A DNA stretch of 32,000 bases from Mucisphaera calidilacus. Lineage in GTDB: Bacteria > Planctomycetota > Phycisphaerae > Phycisphaerales > Phycisphaeraceae. This document shows positions 1 to 9,300 of the stretch, one piece after another (the stretch's first letter is position 1; each line of letters starts with the position of its first letter). A program made the position numbers and the translations under genes. The stretch covers positions 2,970,001-3,002,000 of the forward strand of contig NZ_CP036280.1 in the NCBI RefSeq assembly GCF_007748075.1, given 5' to 3'. The notes under the pieces were generated by a model. That model searched no databases. It worked only from the letters and a program-made list of their open reading frames with translations, and was not told where the DNA came from.

Positions 1-1137
1 TACACAGGCGCGTGCCTGCAGGTCGTCGATGTATGCGTGCAGCGCATCAACCAGGTCCGCCCGCAGTGGGATCATCGCGCCGCGACCCGCCTTCTCATCC
101 TTGGCCAGCAGTTCGAGACTCGGGTACTGGCCCTCAAGGTGAGCCTGGCCGACAGTGATGCTGGCCAGTTCGCTCTTACGCAGGCCGCTGCAGATCATGA
201 TGCGGTACATCAGCGCCCGCTGACGACCGACGAACATCAACGCGTCGACTCGGTCTGGCTGGTCAGCGAGCAGCTTCAATCCACACTGGTAGGCAGCGTC
301 AAGCGTGTCGAACGTCAGCTTCGCCTTGGTCCAGGTGCTATGACCTGACTTTTCATCATCCAGCTTGGCCACGCTCTCGCGCCCCAGTTCAGCAATCGGT
401 CGCAGTTCCGCCGACCGCAGCAGGCGTGTGATCTCATCTTCGGTCAGAGCCCTGCGGTTCCGCCGACGGTCACCGAGTTCATCGGCTTTGTACAGCTTGG
501 CCAGCGGGTTGAAGCTCAGCCGCCCCGAATCAACACACCAGTTACAGAAGGCGACGATCGCCGCACGGTGGGTGTTGCGGGTCCGACCTGCCATGCCGTC
601 TGCCTCACGCTGGTTCATCCACGTCTCCATCGTCTCGCGCGAGATGTCCGTCACGCGCTTGAACCCGCACTCGGCCACAACGCGTTCGAGTTGATGCTTC
701 ACGTTCCGCCGATGGTGGGTCGACACACGCTTGCCGCGTACCGTCTTGGCCTTGAGGTGTTCGAGGTAGGCGGCGATGTGCCGGGCAATGGGCTGGTCGG
801 CGAAGCCGGCCTGCCGATCTTGTTCAGCAGTGAGGATGCCCGACTTCACGTGCTCGACCCGCCGCAGCAGGTCAGCGAGTACCTGTCGGGCGGCCTGTTC
901 ATCCCGGCAGCCTGTTGATTCGATCCGCTCGATGCCCTGGGCGTCCCGATAGCGTGCGAACCACGTCGGGCTGACGCGGATGATCTTGGTCTGCCCCTGC
1001 TTGCCGGTAGTGATCTGGTCGTAGTGCTTGCGGCCACGCCGGTCACTCCACATCGCCACGCGTTGGCCTCGCCGCTCGACGATCTCGCACTGCCTGGGCA
1101 GGTGCTGGGTGTAGGTCTTCCTGAAGATATTCGCCAT
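1..1137 (-). CDS. int: Tyrosine recombinase / phage-type integrase, C-terminus cut off by the window edge (379 codons present)
   Basis: Absent from the ORF track because no stop codon lies in the window. Manual minus-strand translation from ATG 1137 is uninterrupted to position 1: MANIFRKTYTQHLPRQCEIVERRGQRVAMW...RTRNTHRAAIVAFCNWCVDSGRLSFNPL...ALTEDEITRLL...MICSGLRKSELASITVGQ...KDEKAGRGAMIPL. This shows a core-binding region followed by the GLR-x-SEL box-I arginine region. An AAGGGA Shine-Dalgarno-like element sits about 7 nt upstream. Track ORFs 37..348, 365..694, 568..918 and 846..1169 are off-frame Arg/Ser-rich artefacts. Confidence 0.85.
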   Translation of the reverse strand, partial: MANIFRKTYTQHLPRQCEIVERRGQRVAMWSDRRGRKHYDQITTGKQGQTKIIRVSPTWFARYRDAQGIERIESTGCRDEQAARQVLADLLRRVEHVKSGILTAEQDRQAGFADQPIARHIAAYLEHLKAKTVRGKRVSTHHRRNVKHQLERVVAECGFKRVTDISRETMETWMNQREADGMAGRTRNTHRAAIVAFCNWCVDSGRLSFNPLAKLYKADELGDRRRNRRALTEDEITRLLRSAELRPIAELGRESVAKLDDEKSGHSTWTKAKLTFDTLDAAYQCGLKLLADQPDRVDALMFVGRQRALMYRIMICSGLRKSELASITVGQAHLEGQYPSLELLAKDEKAGRGAMIPLRADLVDALHAYIDDLQARACV

Positions 1138-1245
1138 TTTCGAATCCCTTGCCCCCGGAAGTCTCCCACAGCAACGTGCCGGGGCGATCAACCTCCGGGG
1201 GTGACACACTCAGCGGTCAGTCGCCCCTGAAAGCAAGGGCGATCC

Positions 1246-1267
1246 GGCCCCCTCGCGAAAGGGGGCC
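1246..1267 (-). terminator. GC-rich hairpin (8-bp stem GGCCCCCT / AGGGGGCC, 6-nt loop) between the primase and integrase genes
   Basis: Perfect inverted repeat read directly: ggccccct-cgcgaa-agggggcc. It lies about 85 nt downstream of the primase stop on the minus strand. It is followed by only a weak U-tract (cccuugcuuuc), so the intrinsic-terminator call is tentative. Confidence 0.35.
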
Positions 1268-1278
1268 ACAGGTCCGCA

Positions 1279-1338
1279 GGTTCAAAAGGTTCAGAAGGTC
1301 AAACGCCTGGGCCTTTGGACCTTTTGAACCCCTGAACC
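1279..1338. repeat. Inverted array of GGTTCA / GGTCA hexamers (three per arm, 3-nt spacing) around a 16-nt centre
   Basis: Left arm is GGTTCAaaaGGTTCAgaaGGTC (1279-1300). Right arm is GGACCttttGAACCccTGAACC (1317-1338), whose reverse complement is GGTTCAggGGTTCAaaaGGTCC. It starts 12 nt after the primase stop codon and lies upstream of int. Confidence 0.6.
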
Positions 1339-1349
1339 GTGGCGGTCGA

Positions 1350-3689
1350 TCACGGCGTCGGGGCTGCCACCTTGGCGTTGATGTGGTGGACCACCTTGGC
1401 GCGGCCCGGCGTGTTGAGCGTCTCGGTTCGTAGCCAGCCCAGTTCGATCAGTTCATCCACGGCAAGCTGAACCTGCTCGGCATCCGCCAGCAGCGACCAG
1501 TGATGACCGTGGTACACATCGCGAACGGTGAACCCGGTGGCAACATCGCCTTGTTCAATGCGCTGGGCTAGTGCCCGGGCATGAGCCGTGGCTGGATGGA
1601 TGCCGCGCGAGTAGATGCGCCGAGCATGAGATTCGAGGTAGTCGGCCCAACCGACCGCCCGCGTCACGGCATCCAGTGTGACCGGCCCACCGTCGGACTC
1701 CGCAAGGTGGATGCTCAGCGCCAGCGCCGGCAGCAGCTTGCGGTACTTGGTCAGGTGGCTCTCTACGGCGGGGTGTTCCGCGCCGCTTCGGAGATGATTT
1801 TCCCGATCGACCATCCAGACGTAGAACCGATCCTGCGCCGCGGCATCGAACCGAAGGAACGGTGTCGTATTGCTGTCGAACGCGCCGGGCAGTTCGCCGA
1901 TGGATGAGGCAGGCAGTTCATCGAATCGCTGGTACACGGCATAGGCGGCATTCTTCGCATCGGAGTCGGGCCAGCGATCAACAACCTGCCATGCACCCGG
2001 GTCATCGGGCCAGACCGCCATCTGAAACCGCTGCATCAGACCATCGTCACCGGTGCCGCCGCGAAGTGCTTCACCGAGGTAGGTGCCCAGCGGCCCGGGC
2101 TGAATAGTGCCGAGGATGCTGAGGCAGAACCCATCGATGCGAACGTTGCCGCGTCCGATCCGGTCCGACTCGCAGGACCCATCGCCGGTCCAACCTTCAA
2201 GATAGAACGCACGAGCACCCTCTTGGCCTGGGCGCTCCAACGATTTGAGCAGGCCGATCAGTTCGTCGCGTTCGATGATGACGCCGTTGGGGTTGGCAGC
2301 CAGAATCTCACCGAGTGCTTCGACTGTGGCATCGTTCACCGTGTAGCGTTTTCGCTTCGGCTCCTCGGGCCGGGCCAAGGATGCCAGTTCATCCTGCAGG
2401 TCTTGGGTATCTTCACCGGCCTTCATCGCGGCGGCGATGTTGTTGCGGATGACCTTGGTCTGGATGCCCTGAAGGTCGGAGGCGGCAAGATACTCAGCCA
2501 TGGCGGCTTCGTATTCGGCAAGCGCGTCGGCCGTCATACGCCGAATCGGCAACAGCGTCTCCTTCATCGGCGGGCTTTTCATCAGGCTCGGCCGACCAAT
2601 GAGTACACCCCACAGATTCGGATACACCGTCCAGTTGTCGCGCTGCTTGGGACGGATTGCGATCTTGCGACCCAGGATGCCCGACAGCGCCACCATTGAT
2701 GCCACCGCCGGGAAGTCCGGCGGGCACTGCATGCGATCGGCAATGTCCACGATCCAAGGTCGGAGTGTCGAGGGCAGTAGCACCGGGTCAAAGGGCTTGA
2801 CCGGCGGCAGGTCATCCGGAATCGGCTGCGGATCGGGCCAGGCATCGGCATCACCATCACCGAGATACCGCTCAGGCCAGCATTCGATATACGCTTGGCG
2901 GGCGCTATCGGGTTCGTATCGGCTGACGCTATCGGCGATGCGTTCGACCTCTTTCACATCGAGCGGAGGCTGACACTTGGAAGCATTCCGCGCAAGCAAC
3001 GCGACCTTGATCTCGACGACGTCCATCCCGACCTGACGAAGGTGGCCACCCAGACGCATCAACGTGTTGTTGCGATTTCCCTCGGGAATCACATCGCCCT
3101 CGTCGCCTGACACAGCACCCGAATGCTTCGCGTTCGCATCGGTTCCGGCGGCGATCCGATCGAGTAGCCACTTCGGTGCATCGGCAATCGCACACCCGCC
3201 CGGCTCCTGATCCAGCAGCCAGTTGTAGGTGCTGCCCGACTTGTGATCACTCGGCGGCAGGATCACGTACCCACCGTCGCCCTTGATGTCGATGCCCGAA
3301 GCGACCTGTCCGGTCGAACACTTCACCCGCTGGCCCGGCCAGTTGAGATAGATGTGTCGGCCACCGCCCCCGGTCTGACACTCAACCGTATGGGGCAACG
3401 GGCCGTGTTCGGCTTCGAGTTCATCGAGGAGCACGTCGCCGCCGTGGCGCGGGTCGATGTCCACGACGAACACGCCAGATTCTTCACCTGTTCGCAGCGC
3501 GATCGCGGCATCGGGCCACCGCCCCCGGACGCCCCACCACTCACGGATCGTGTCCATGTCAGTGGTGGCGGTATAGAAGCCTTTGTCCACCAGCGGCTGG
3601 TGACCCGTCGGATGGCACGGAAACACCGGCCACCCCATCTCGGCGTATCGAACAGCCGTATCAACCAGTTCCTGTTGACGATCGCTCAT
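1350..3689 (-). CDS. Bifunctional primase-polymerase (PrimPol N-terminal domain + PriCT-1 + DUF3987/helicase-like C-terminal region), MGE replication protein
   Basis: 779-aa ORF. The N-terminus is MGWPVFPC...GFYTATTD...IREWW...VVDIDPRHGG...GGGRHIY...DIKGDGGYVILPPS (PrimPol/AEP motifs). NRNNTLMRLGGHLRQVGMDVVEIKVALLARN...VERIADSVSRY is PriCT-1-like. A long C-terminal DUF3987-like region follows. The ATG overlaps the upstream gene's stop as ATGA (3686-3689). Confidence 0.85.
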   Translation of the reverse strand: MSDRQQELVDTAVRYAEMGWPVFPCHPTGHQPLVDKGFYTATTDMDTIREWWGVRGRWPDAAIALRTGEESGVFVVDIDPRHGGDVLLDELEAEHGPLPHTVECQTGGGGRHIYLNWPGQRVKCSTGQVASGIDIKGDGGYVILPPSDHKSGSTYNWLLDQEPGGCAIADAPKWLLDRIAAGTDANAKHSGAVSGDEGDVIPEGNRNNTLMRLGGHLRQVGMDVVEIKVALLARNASKCQPPLDVKEVERIADSVSRYEPDSARQAYIECWPERYLGDGDADAWPDPQPIPDDLPPVKPFDPVLLPSTLRPWIVDIADRMQCPPDFPAVASMVALSGILGRKIAIRPKQRDNWTVYPNLWGVLIGRPSLMKSPPMKETLLPIRRMTADALAEYEAAMAEYLAASDLQGIQTKVIRNNIAAAMKAGEDTQDLQDELASLARPEEPKRKRYTVNDATVEALGEILAANPNGVIIERDELIGLLKSLERPGQEGARAFYLEGWTGDGSCESDRIGRGNVRIDGFCLSILGTIQPGPLGTYLGEALRGGTGDDGLMQRFQMAVWPDDPGAWQVVDRWPDSDAKNAAYAVYQRFDELPASSIGELPGAFDSNTTPFLRFDAAAQDRFYVWMVDRENHLRSGAEHPAVESHLTKYRKLLPALALSIHLAESDGGPVTLDAVTRAVGWADYLESHARRIYSRGIHPATAHARALAQRIEQGDVATGFTVRDVYHGHHWSLLADAEQVQLAVDELIELGWLRTETLNTPGRAKVVHHINAKVAAPTP

Positions 3690-3961
3690 CGGCGGCCCCC
3701 CTTCACGGCGGGGTTTGCGGGGGCGGGGCAGCCGTCAGCGATCCACTGCTCGATCTCACCGCGGTTCCAACGCACCAGTGCTCCCAGCCGCACCGGGCGG
3801 GGCATACGACCGGCGTCATTGAGCCGGTACACGGTGCGCGTCGAGCAGTTGAGCAGGCGGGCAACCTGGTTGATGGTGAGCATTGCAGGCAAGACGCCCG
3901 GGCCTGCATTCCGGGGGCGGCCGTCGGTTCGGTCGACGGTGGCGCGGTTCGAGTCGGTCAT
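3686..3961 (-). CDS. AlpA/excisionase-family helix-turn-helix DNA-binding protein
   Basis: Sequence LTINQVARLLNCSTRTVYRLNDAGRMPRPVRLGALVRWNRGEIEQWI is the classic AlpA/Xis/MerR-like HTH_17 signature. The track ORF extends to 4066, but the ATG at 3961 is preceded by GAGGAAGG at 7 nt and gives a 91-aa protein of typical size. The region 3962-4066 carries operator-like repeats. Confidence 0.8.
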   Translation of the reverse strand: MTDSNRATVDRTDGRPRNAGPGVLPAMLTINQVARLLNCSTRTVYRLNDAGRMPRPVRLGALVRWNRGEIEQWIADGCPAPANPAVKGGRR

Positions 3962-4030
3962 GTTTGGACCTTCCTCTGTGGGGATTCGGTTGCCGAACAC
4001 GACCGTCGCGTTCGGACAGAGGAAGGCACG

Positions 4031-4155
4031 AGGGGACATCCCCACCCCCGGAGGAGCCCGCACCATGCGCGCAAGGGCATGAATCCCCGGTTAGAAGCGG
4101 TGTCTGCTGAAAATGAAGTGGGTATCCCCAGTTGTAGGTGGGGACGGGTGGGGAT
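4031..4155. promoter_or_regulatory. Cluster of six ATCCCCA / TGGGGA(T/C) heptamers in the alpA-primase upstream region
   Basis: Read directly. aGGGGAC is at 4031-4037 and ATCCCCA at 4038-4044, which together form the palindrome GGGGACATCCCC. Further copies are ATCCCCg at 4083-4089, ATCCCCA at 4124-4130, TGGGGAC at 4139-4145 and TGGGGAT at 4149-4155. All lie between the stop at 4167 and the alpA start. Confidence 0.45.
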
Positions 4156-4166
4156 GACAGCGGGCG

Positions 4167-5105
4167 CTATTCGAAGTCGTCGTCGCAGCCCATCAGGATC
4201 GCTACGTTCTGGCGCACCTGATCGTCGGTCATCTCGCCTTCATTGAAACTGTCTATCAATGCCTTGGCGCTCTCCTTCGCCTTCGGCAATTCCGATTCGG
4301 CCAGTTTACGGATTCGCCGGAGCGTCTCCTCTCGCTCCTCTCGAAGAATCGCAGCATCGGCGGCTGCATGATCATCCGTGTCGGCCGCATCCATCGATGC
4401 CTGCTCGATGGCGATGTCCTGCCCGATCCTGGTGGGGCGAGCTGCGCCGGCCTGCATCTCGGTCTTGCGTTCCAGCCCCAGTTCCTTCGCTATCGCAACC
4501 CATGGCTGCGATTGGCTGACCATCTTTGCCGACTTGACGCCCAAGGCGCGGGCGATCACGTTGCGGCCGAACAACTCCTTCGCCTGCTTGCGTGCCGTAC
4601 GCTTGGATGATGGTGAAGACTTCGGGTCATCGAGCACTGACAGCAACCGTTGATACGACGACGCACGCTTGGCCTTGTACTCCCGGATCGCATCATCAAG
4701 ATCGCCCTGTGTCCACGATCGCTTGGGTGGGTCAGCCTTGCCCCCTGGTTTGGGCAGTTGCTTGGCTGGCTCGACGTGCGACATCGAGTCCAGCTGGCGA
4801 TGTCGGCGCTCCAGGTGACCGACCGTGAACTGGAACTCAGTAACCGCCTCCCATAACGCGTAGTCATCCGCCACGCTCTTGCCGTTCTGCGATTCCACTG
4901 CATGCAGCATCGCTTCGCGCAGCGCCTGATATTCACGGTCAATGCGTCGTGCGAGCGATTCATGGCCGTTGACGATCAGGTTGACCGAGAACTCACTGTA
5001 TCGCTGACGTACCTGGAGCCATTGCTCGGATCGAGCGAGGTCAACCGCCTGACCCGCAGCATGGGCGTCGAGCACCGATTGCACCATGTCCGCCAGGTCA
5101 GGCAT
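4167..5105 (-). CDS. Hypothetical protein (313 aa), helical and charged, with a possible internal HTH (GRNVIARALGVKSAKMVSQS)
   Basis: The track ORF is 4167..5186. The ATG at 5105 (MPDLADMVQSVL) overlaps the stop of the upstream ORF by 8 nt (ATGCCTGA), which suggests translational coupling. I recognise no family. Confidence 0.6.
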   Translation of the reverse strand: MPDLADMVQSVLDAHAAGQAVDLARSEQWLQVRQRYSEFSVNLIVNGHESLARRIDREYQALREAMLHAVESQNGKSVADDYALWEAVTEFQFTVGHLERRHRQLDSMSHVEPAKQLPKPGGKADPPKRSWTQGDLDDAIREYKAKRASSYQRLLSVLDDPKSSPSSKRTARKQAKELFGRNVIARALGVKSAKMVSQSQPWVAIAKELGLERKTEMQAGAARPTRIGQDIAIEQASMDAADTDDHAAADAAILREEREETLRRIRKLAESELPKAKESAKALIDSFNEGEMTDDQVRQNVAILMGCDDDFE

Positions 5106-5508
5106 CGAAGAAGCCCTCCCAGACGTCCGCAGGCAATTCAGAATCCAGGTCTTCGGCCACCCCCGATGCGCGACCAGCTGCGTCAATCATCGCATCCCGT
5201 GCATCACGGCAGCCCGGATCGTCGGCGGGATAGACGCCTCTACAGGCCTCCTCAAAACACCAAACCGCCTGTCGAAAGGCACCCATCGCTTCATCGAGCT
5301 GGGCGGCAGCATCATCTTGGCCCCTCAACTCCAGCCAGATGATGATCCCCTTCGCCTCATCGCGCAGTCGGTCGGCCCACATCCGGTGCTCGACTGTGTC
5401 CCGCCAGAGATCTTCTCCGCGTGCTGAGGCACACCACGCGTTGATGTTCTCCATCAACACCAGTAGAGGCCATTGCGAAATATCGGGGGTTTCAGGCGAG
5501 TCTGGCAT
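5098..5508 (-). CDS. Hypothetical small acidic protein (136 aa)
   Basis: ATG-initiated ORF starting 6 nt after the stop of the upstream gene and overlapping the downstream gene. It is rich in D/E/W residues. I recognise no family. Confidence 0.55.
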   Translation of the reverse strand: MPDSPETPDISQWPLLVLMENINAWCASARGEDLWRDTVEHRMWADRLRDEAKGIIIWLELRGQDDAAAQLDEAMGAFRQAVWCFEEACRGVYPADDPGCRDARDAMIDAAGRASGVAEDLDSELPADVWEGFFDA

Positions 5509-5514
5509 CGATGT

Positions 5515-6249
5515 TCAGCCCTCCCGCCACTCGGCCAAGATGTCGTTGACCTCGTCGATGTCAAATGCTTCGGGATCGAAATCGTCACCCAGCCACTCGA
5601 CCAGATCGTCGTGTTCTTCGTGATCGGCATCAGCCACCACGTCGAGCGTGTGGTCGTACCCATAGATGCCGCCGCAATCTTCGGGCGGACAGGCCAGTTT
5701 CCCGGCTAGGCACACCGGATATTCGACGCCCGGTTTCGGCTCCTCGATCTTCTGCACCTCGATGGTGTGTTCCCACCCGTCGCCGAAGTCATACTCATAG
5801 GTCAGCTTGCTCTTGACCTTCGGGCACACCTCGGCCAACGTCACGGCATCTTCGTCCTCACCCTCCATCTCCGTCGGGTCGCCAAACGGCGTGGTCAGCA
5901 TGCTGAACACCCGTTCGCCACGCATCCGTGCCATGAACGCATCGTCCCAGATGTCGGCCTCACCAACCTTGCGAATCTCATCCCGGCTAGGCTTGAGCGA
6001 CTTGTCCCGTAGCACGAACTGATGCAGGTGGCTGTTCGTCCACCCCATGGAGATCTGAATCACTTCGTGCAACTGCCCGAGCGTAATGTCCGACGGCACC
6101 GCCACCCGCCGCCAGATCGGGGGCTTGCTGTCCTGAAGCGTGATGCGAAGGGTGTGGATCAGCGTGCTCATGCCGTGATTGTCCGGGTGAGCATGACAAC
6201 AGGCAAACCGCTTCAATGGGGCCCCGTCAGTGATGACGAGGAAAGGCAT
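5515..6249 (-). CDS. Plasmid pRiA4b ORF-3-like family protein (PF07929-type)
   Basis: Signature LRITLQDSKPPIWRRVAVPSDITLGQLHEVIQISMGWTNSHLHQF...YEYDFGDGWEH...CPPEDCGG. The track start at 6258 is TTG. ATG candidates are at 6249 and 6171, where MSTLIHTLRITL marks the start of the domain. Confidence 0.75.
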   Translation of the reverse strand: MPFLVITDGAPLKRFACCHAHPDNHGMSTLIHTLRITLQDSKPPIWRRVAVPSDITLGQLHEVIQISMGWTNSHLHQFVLRDKSLKPSRDEIRKVGEADIWDDAFMARMRGERVFSMLTTPFGDPTEMEGEDEDAVTLAEVCPKVKSKLTYEYDFGDGWEHTIEVQKIEEPKPGVEYPVCLAGKLACPPEDCGGIYGYDHTLDVVADADHEEHDDLVEWLGDDFDPEAFDIDEVNDILAEWREG

Positions 6250-6394
6250 TATTCTCAATCATGGCGATCAGCGCGAGCCATCAGCCAAGTGGAACGACGT
6301 CACGGACAACGGATCAAACCTAACTCATCCATCATCTGTCAGATACGCAATTGTGAGAGGCGGCTTGTTGTCTTTACCAGGCCCTCCGGGTTCC

Positions 6395-9300
6395 TTACGC
6401 CACCGAGCTCTTGGCGATCCGACCGATCCTCTGCGGCATCGCATGCTCCAGCCGCCAGACGATGCTCACCGGCCGGCTGCCCTCGTGGGACACGTAGCCG
6501 GCCGAGCCCAAGAACACATAAGGCATCGCAAGCCCGCCCGGGCCGTACTTGCGTTCACGCACGAACAGCAGCGGGGTGTAGCCCACCGCCTGATGGTAGA
6601 TGTACCTCTGGCCGGTCTTTGACTCGACCGAGGTCGTGCTCTGAGACTGCCAGTGGAACAGGCGGTCGCTGATAGCGTAATCCTCGTACATGGTCGTCGG
6701 TGAGTAGGCGTCCTCGGTCTTCTGCAATGTGACGAAGAAGGCGTCGATCCGCTTCTCGGAAAGGTGCAACACCCCTTCGCGGAAGTCCGGCCGGTGGGTC
6801 TGCGTCCAGTGACCGAGACCAATGAGGATTTCGTCTCGGGTATAGCGGGCGTGCAGAGCCAGGGGGCCGGTCAGGTTGGAATCCAACGGGCCGCCTGCGG
6901 TCTGGGTGTTCCGAAGTCGATACTCCATCACGGCCTTAAGGTCACTCACGACGCTGTGCTGCCCCTGCAGCCGTTGGTCGGCCTCATCGAGGCCCATGCT
7001 GATCCCTCCAGAGCCCCAGAGCGTTCCGTGGAGTATGGACCGTCTGAGATCCCGAAGCGGATCGTCTAAAAGATCTTTCTGTAGATGACCAAGCAGGAAG
7101 CGAATGTGAGCGGGATCATCGAGGTGTGCAAGGCGTCGAATGCCCTTGGCTAACTGGTCCTCGTCGCGGACGTTCGGTTCAGCGACCAGTTCAGCGTCAT
7201 GTAGCAGGCGGCTCCAGAGGCCACGCTTTAGCACTTCATCAAGCGTGGTATCCAGGTACTCCAGTGCTTCGTGGAGCCTAGGCGGCCTGTCGAGGTGCCT
7301 GCCAAGTTCACGCAGGTCGCGGATCATCTGCGGGCGTCGGAGGTTCAGTGACTGCCGCACGTTCTCTAAAACTCGCTGTTGGGCGACGCGTTCTAACTGA
7401 ATAAAGCTGCCTGACGGCAGGTGCGGGAAGCCGTTCTCTATCTCCTGTTCGAGCCTGCCGGTCGGGTCTGTACTCAGAGCACGGAATCGTGAGGCGAATC
7501 GGAACTCACGTCTCTGGGTCCCGATGAAGTCGAGTACGGTCAGGCAATCCTTCTCATCGTTCAGCCGCAGGCCACGACCGAGCTGCTGGAGGTAGAGCGT
7601 CAGGCTCTCCGTGGGTCGCAGAAAGAGCACCGTGTCGACCTCGGGGATGTCTACGCCCTCGTTGTAGAGATCGACGACGAAGATGAAGTTGATTTCCCTG
7701 CGAACCAGCCGCTCACGAGCCGAGCATCGTTCCTCGTCCGAGCTTTCGGACGATAGACTCATCGCGGGTACACCGTGCTGGTTGAAGAACCGCGCCATGA
7801 AGCTTGCATGGGCGATGGAGACGCAGAAGCCCAGACCCCGGGCGGCACGCGGGTCGAGCAGGGTCTGGTACACCTTCTCCAGCACCAGGCCAGCACGAAC
7901 GTCGTTACCGGTGTAGAGCTGATCCAGATCCTCGACGTTGTAGCCCCCGCGTTGCCAGCGAATGCCCTGAAGATCCACACTGTCGGCGACACCGAAGTAG
8001 TGGAACGGACAAAGCAGCCGGCGTTCGATGGCGTCGGGAAGCCGGACCTCAGCCGTCGCTTCCCCGCCGAAGTGCTTCAACACATCCAGCCCATCGGCCC
8101 GCTCGGGTGTGGCGGTCAGCCCAAGCAGCACCCTCGGCTGGATCCACTCGAGCAGTCGCTGATAGCTCGGGGCTGCGGCGTGGTGGAACTCGTCGATGAC
8201 GACGTAGTCGAAGCGGTCTGGCGGAAGTTGGTGCAGCCCCCGACTGTTGTAGCGCTGGATCGAGCAGAACAGGTGATCATGCTGCTCAGGATGTTCGCCT
8301 CCTACCAGCAGGTCACCGAAGTTCTGATCCCGCAAGATCCCCCGGAACGTCCCGAGAGCCTGCCGCAGGATCTCCTCGCGGTGAGCGATAAACAGCAGCG
8401 ACGGACGCGAGCCCGCGGCCCATCGGTGGTAGTCGAAGCCCGCGATCATCGTCTTGCCGGTGCCGGTCGCCGCGACCATCAGATGTCGGTGCTTGTCCCG
8501 CACCTGCCGCTCGGCGGCAAGGGCATCAAGGATCTCTTCCTGGAACGGGTAGGGCCGCAGGTCGAACGCGGGCATTTCACCCATCGACACCGCGCCCCAC
8601 TGCTTCTCCCGATCGATGGCCCGTCGCAGACGCTCAGGAGCATCCGCGGCATAAGCCTCGAACTCGGCGTCGTTCCAGTAGCTCTCGAACGTCGCAGTGA
8701 CCTTCTGCCAAAGATGTGCCAGCTCGTACTGGCTGATCTTGCTGGTCCACTCCAGCCCCTCGGACAGGGCGGCCCGGGAGAGGTTGGCCGAGCCGACATA
8801 GGCGCTGCCGAAGCCCGTGGCCCGGTGCACCAGGTAAGCCTTGGCATGCAGGCGGGTCCGCTCGGTGTCGTAGGAGACCTTGATCTCGGTATGGGGCAGC
8901 GCGGCCAGAGCCTCGATCGCCTTGGGGTCGGTCGCACCCATGTAGCTGGTCGAGATGATCCGCAGCCTGGGTAGGCCCTCGGGGTGAGGCGTCGCCGTGA
9001 GGCTCTTGAGGCTGTCGAGCAGCAGCCGAAGGCCGCTCCACTTGATGAACGAGCAGAGGATGTCCACCCGATCCGCAGCGGCGAACTCTGCGGCGAGCTG
9101 CGAGGCGAGCGATGGATCAACCCGGGTACCGGTGAGCAGCGCCGAGCGGGCCAGCGGGGTGTCGGGCCGCTTCAGGGAGCCGGGCTCATCCTTGGCGTGC
9201 ACCGCCAGCAGCCGCCGCAGCGGGTTGTCGAGCCTGAAACGCTCGCCCCAGTCATCACCCAGTTCCTCACGCAGCGTCGCGATCAGCCGGTCTACCAGAC

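Larger units (their letters stand above)
1..6258 (-). mobile_element. Integrative element (partial): integrase + PrimPol replication protein + AlpA-type regulator + cargo operon. Left end is outside the window and the right end is undetermined.
   Basis: Co-directional int, PrimPol/PriCT/DUF3987 and AlpA-HTH genes form the core module typical of P4-like satellites and integrative islands. A pRiA4b-ORF3-family gene is commonly MGE-borne. No att repeat or tRNA target is visible in the window, so the boundaries are a guess. Confidence 0.5.

Noticed and set aside
1-1169. Track ORFs 37..348, 365..694, 568..918 (plus strand) and 846..1169 (minus strand) as the genes of this region
   Set aside because: A single uninterrupted minus-strand frame (1137 to 1) encodes a recognisable tyrosine recombinase. 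The listed ORFs are in other frames and have artefact-like composition.
6259-6394. Lower-GC gap between the helicase-nuclease gene and the pRiA4b-like gene as the att boundary of the integrative element, and a search for a tRNA integration target anywhere in the window
   Set aside because: No tRNA-like sequence is visible (no GGTTCGAATCC-type T-arm and no cloverleaf). The partner att copy would lie outside the window, so the boundary cannot be supported.
7775-8974. 399-aa plus-strand ORF, and the neighbouring plus-strand ORFs 6022..6672, 8984..9355 and 8997..9389
   Set aside because: They are antisense to the 1042-aa helicase gene. They have the Arg/Gly/Pro-rich composition typical of off-frame reading in GC-rich DNA and no motifs.
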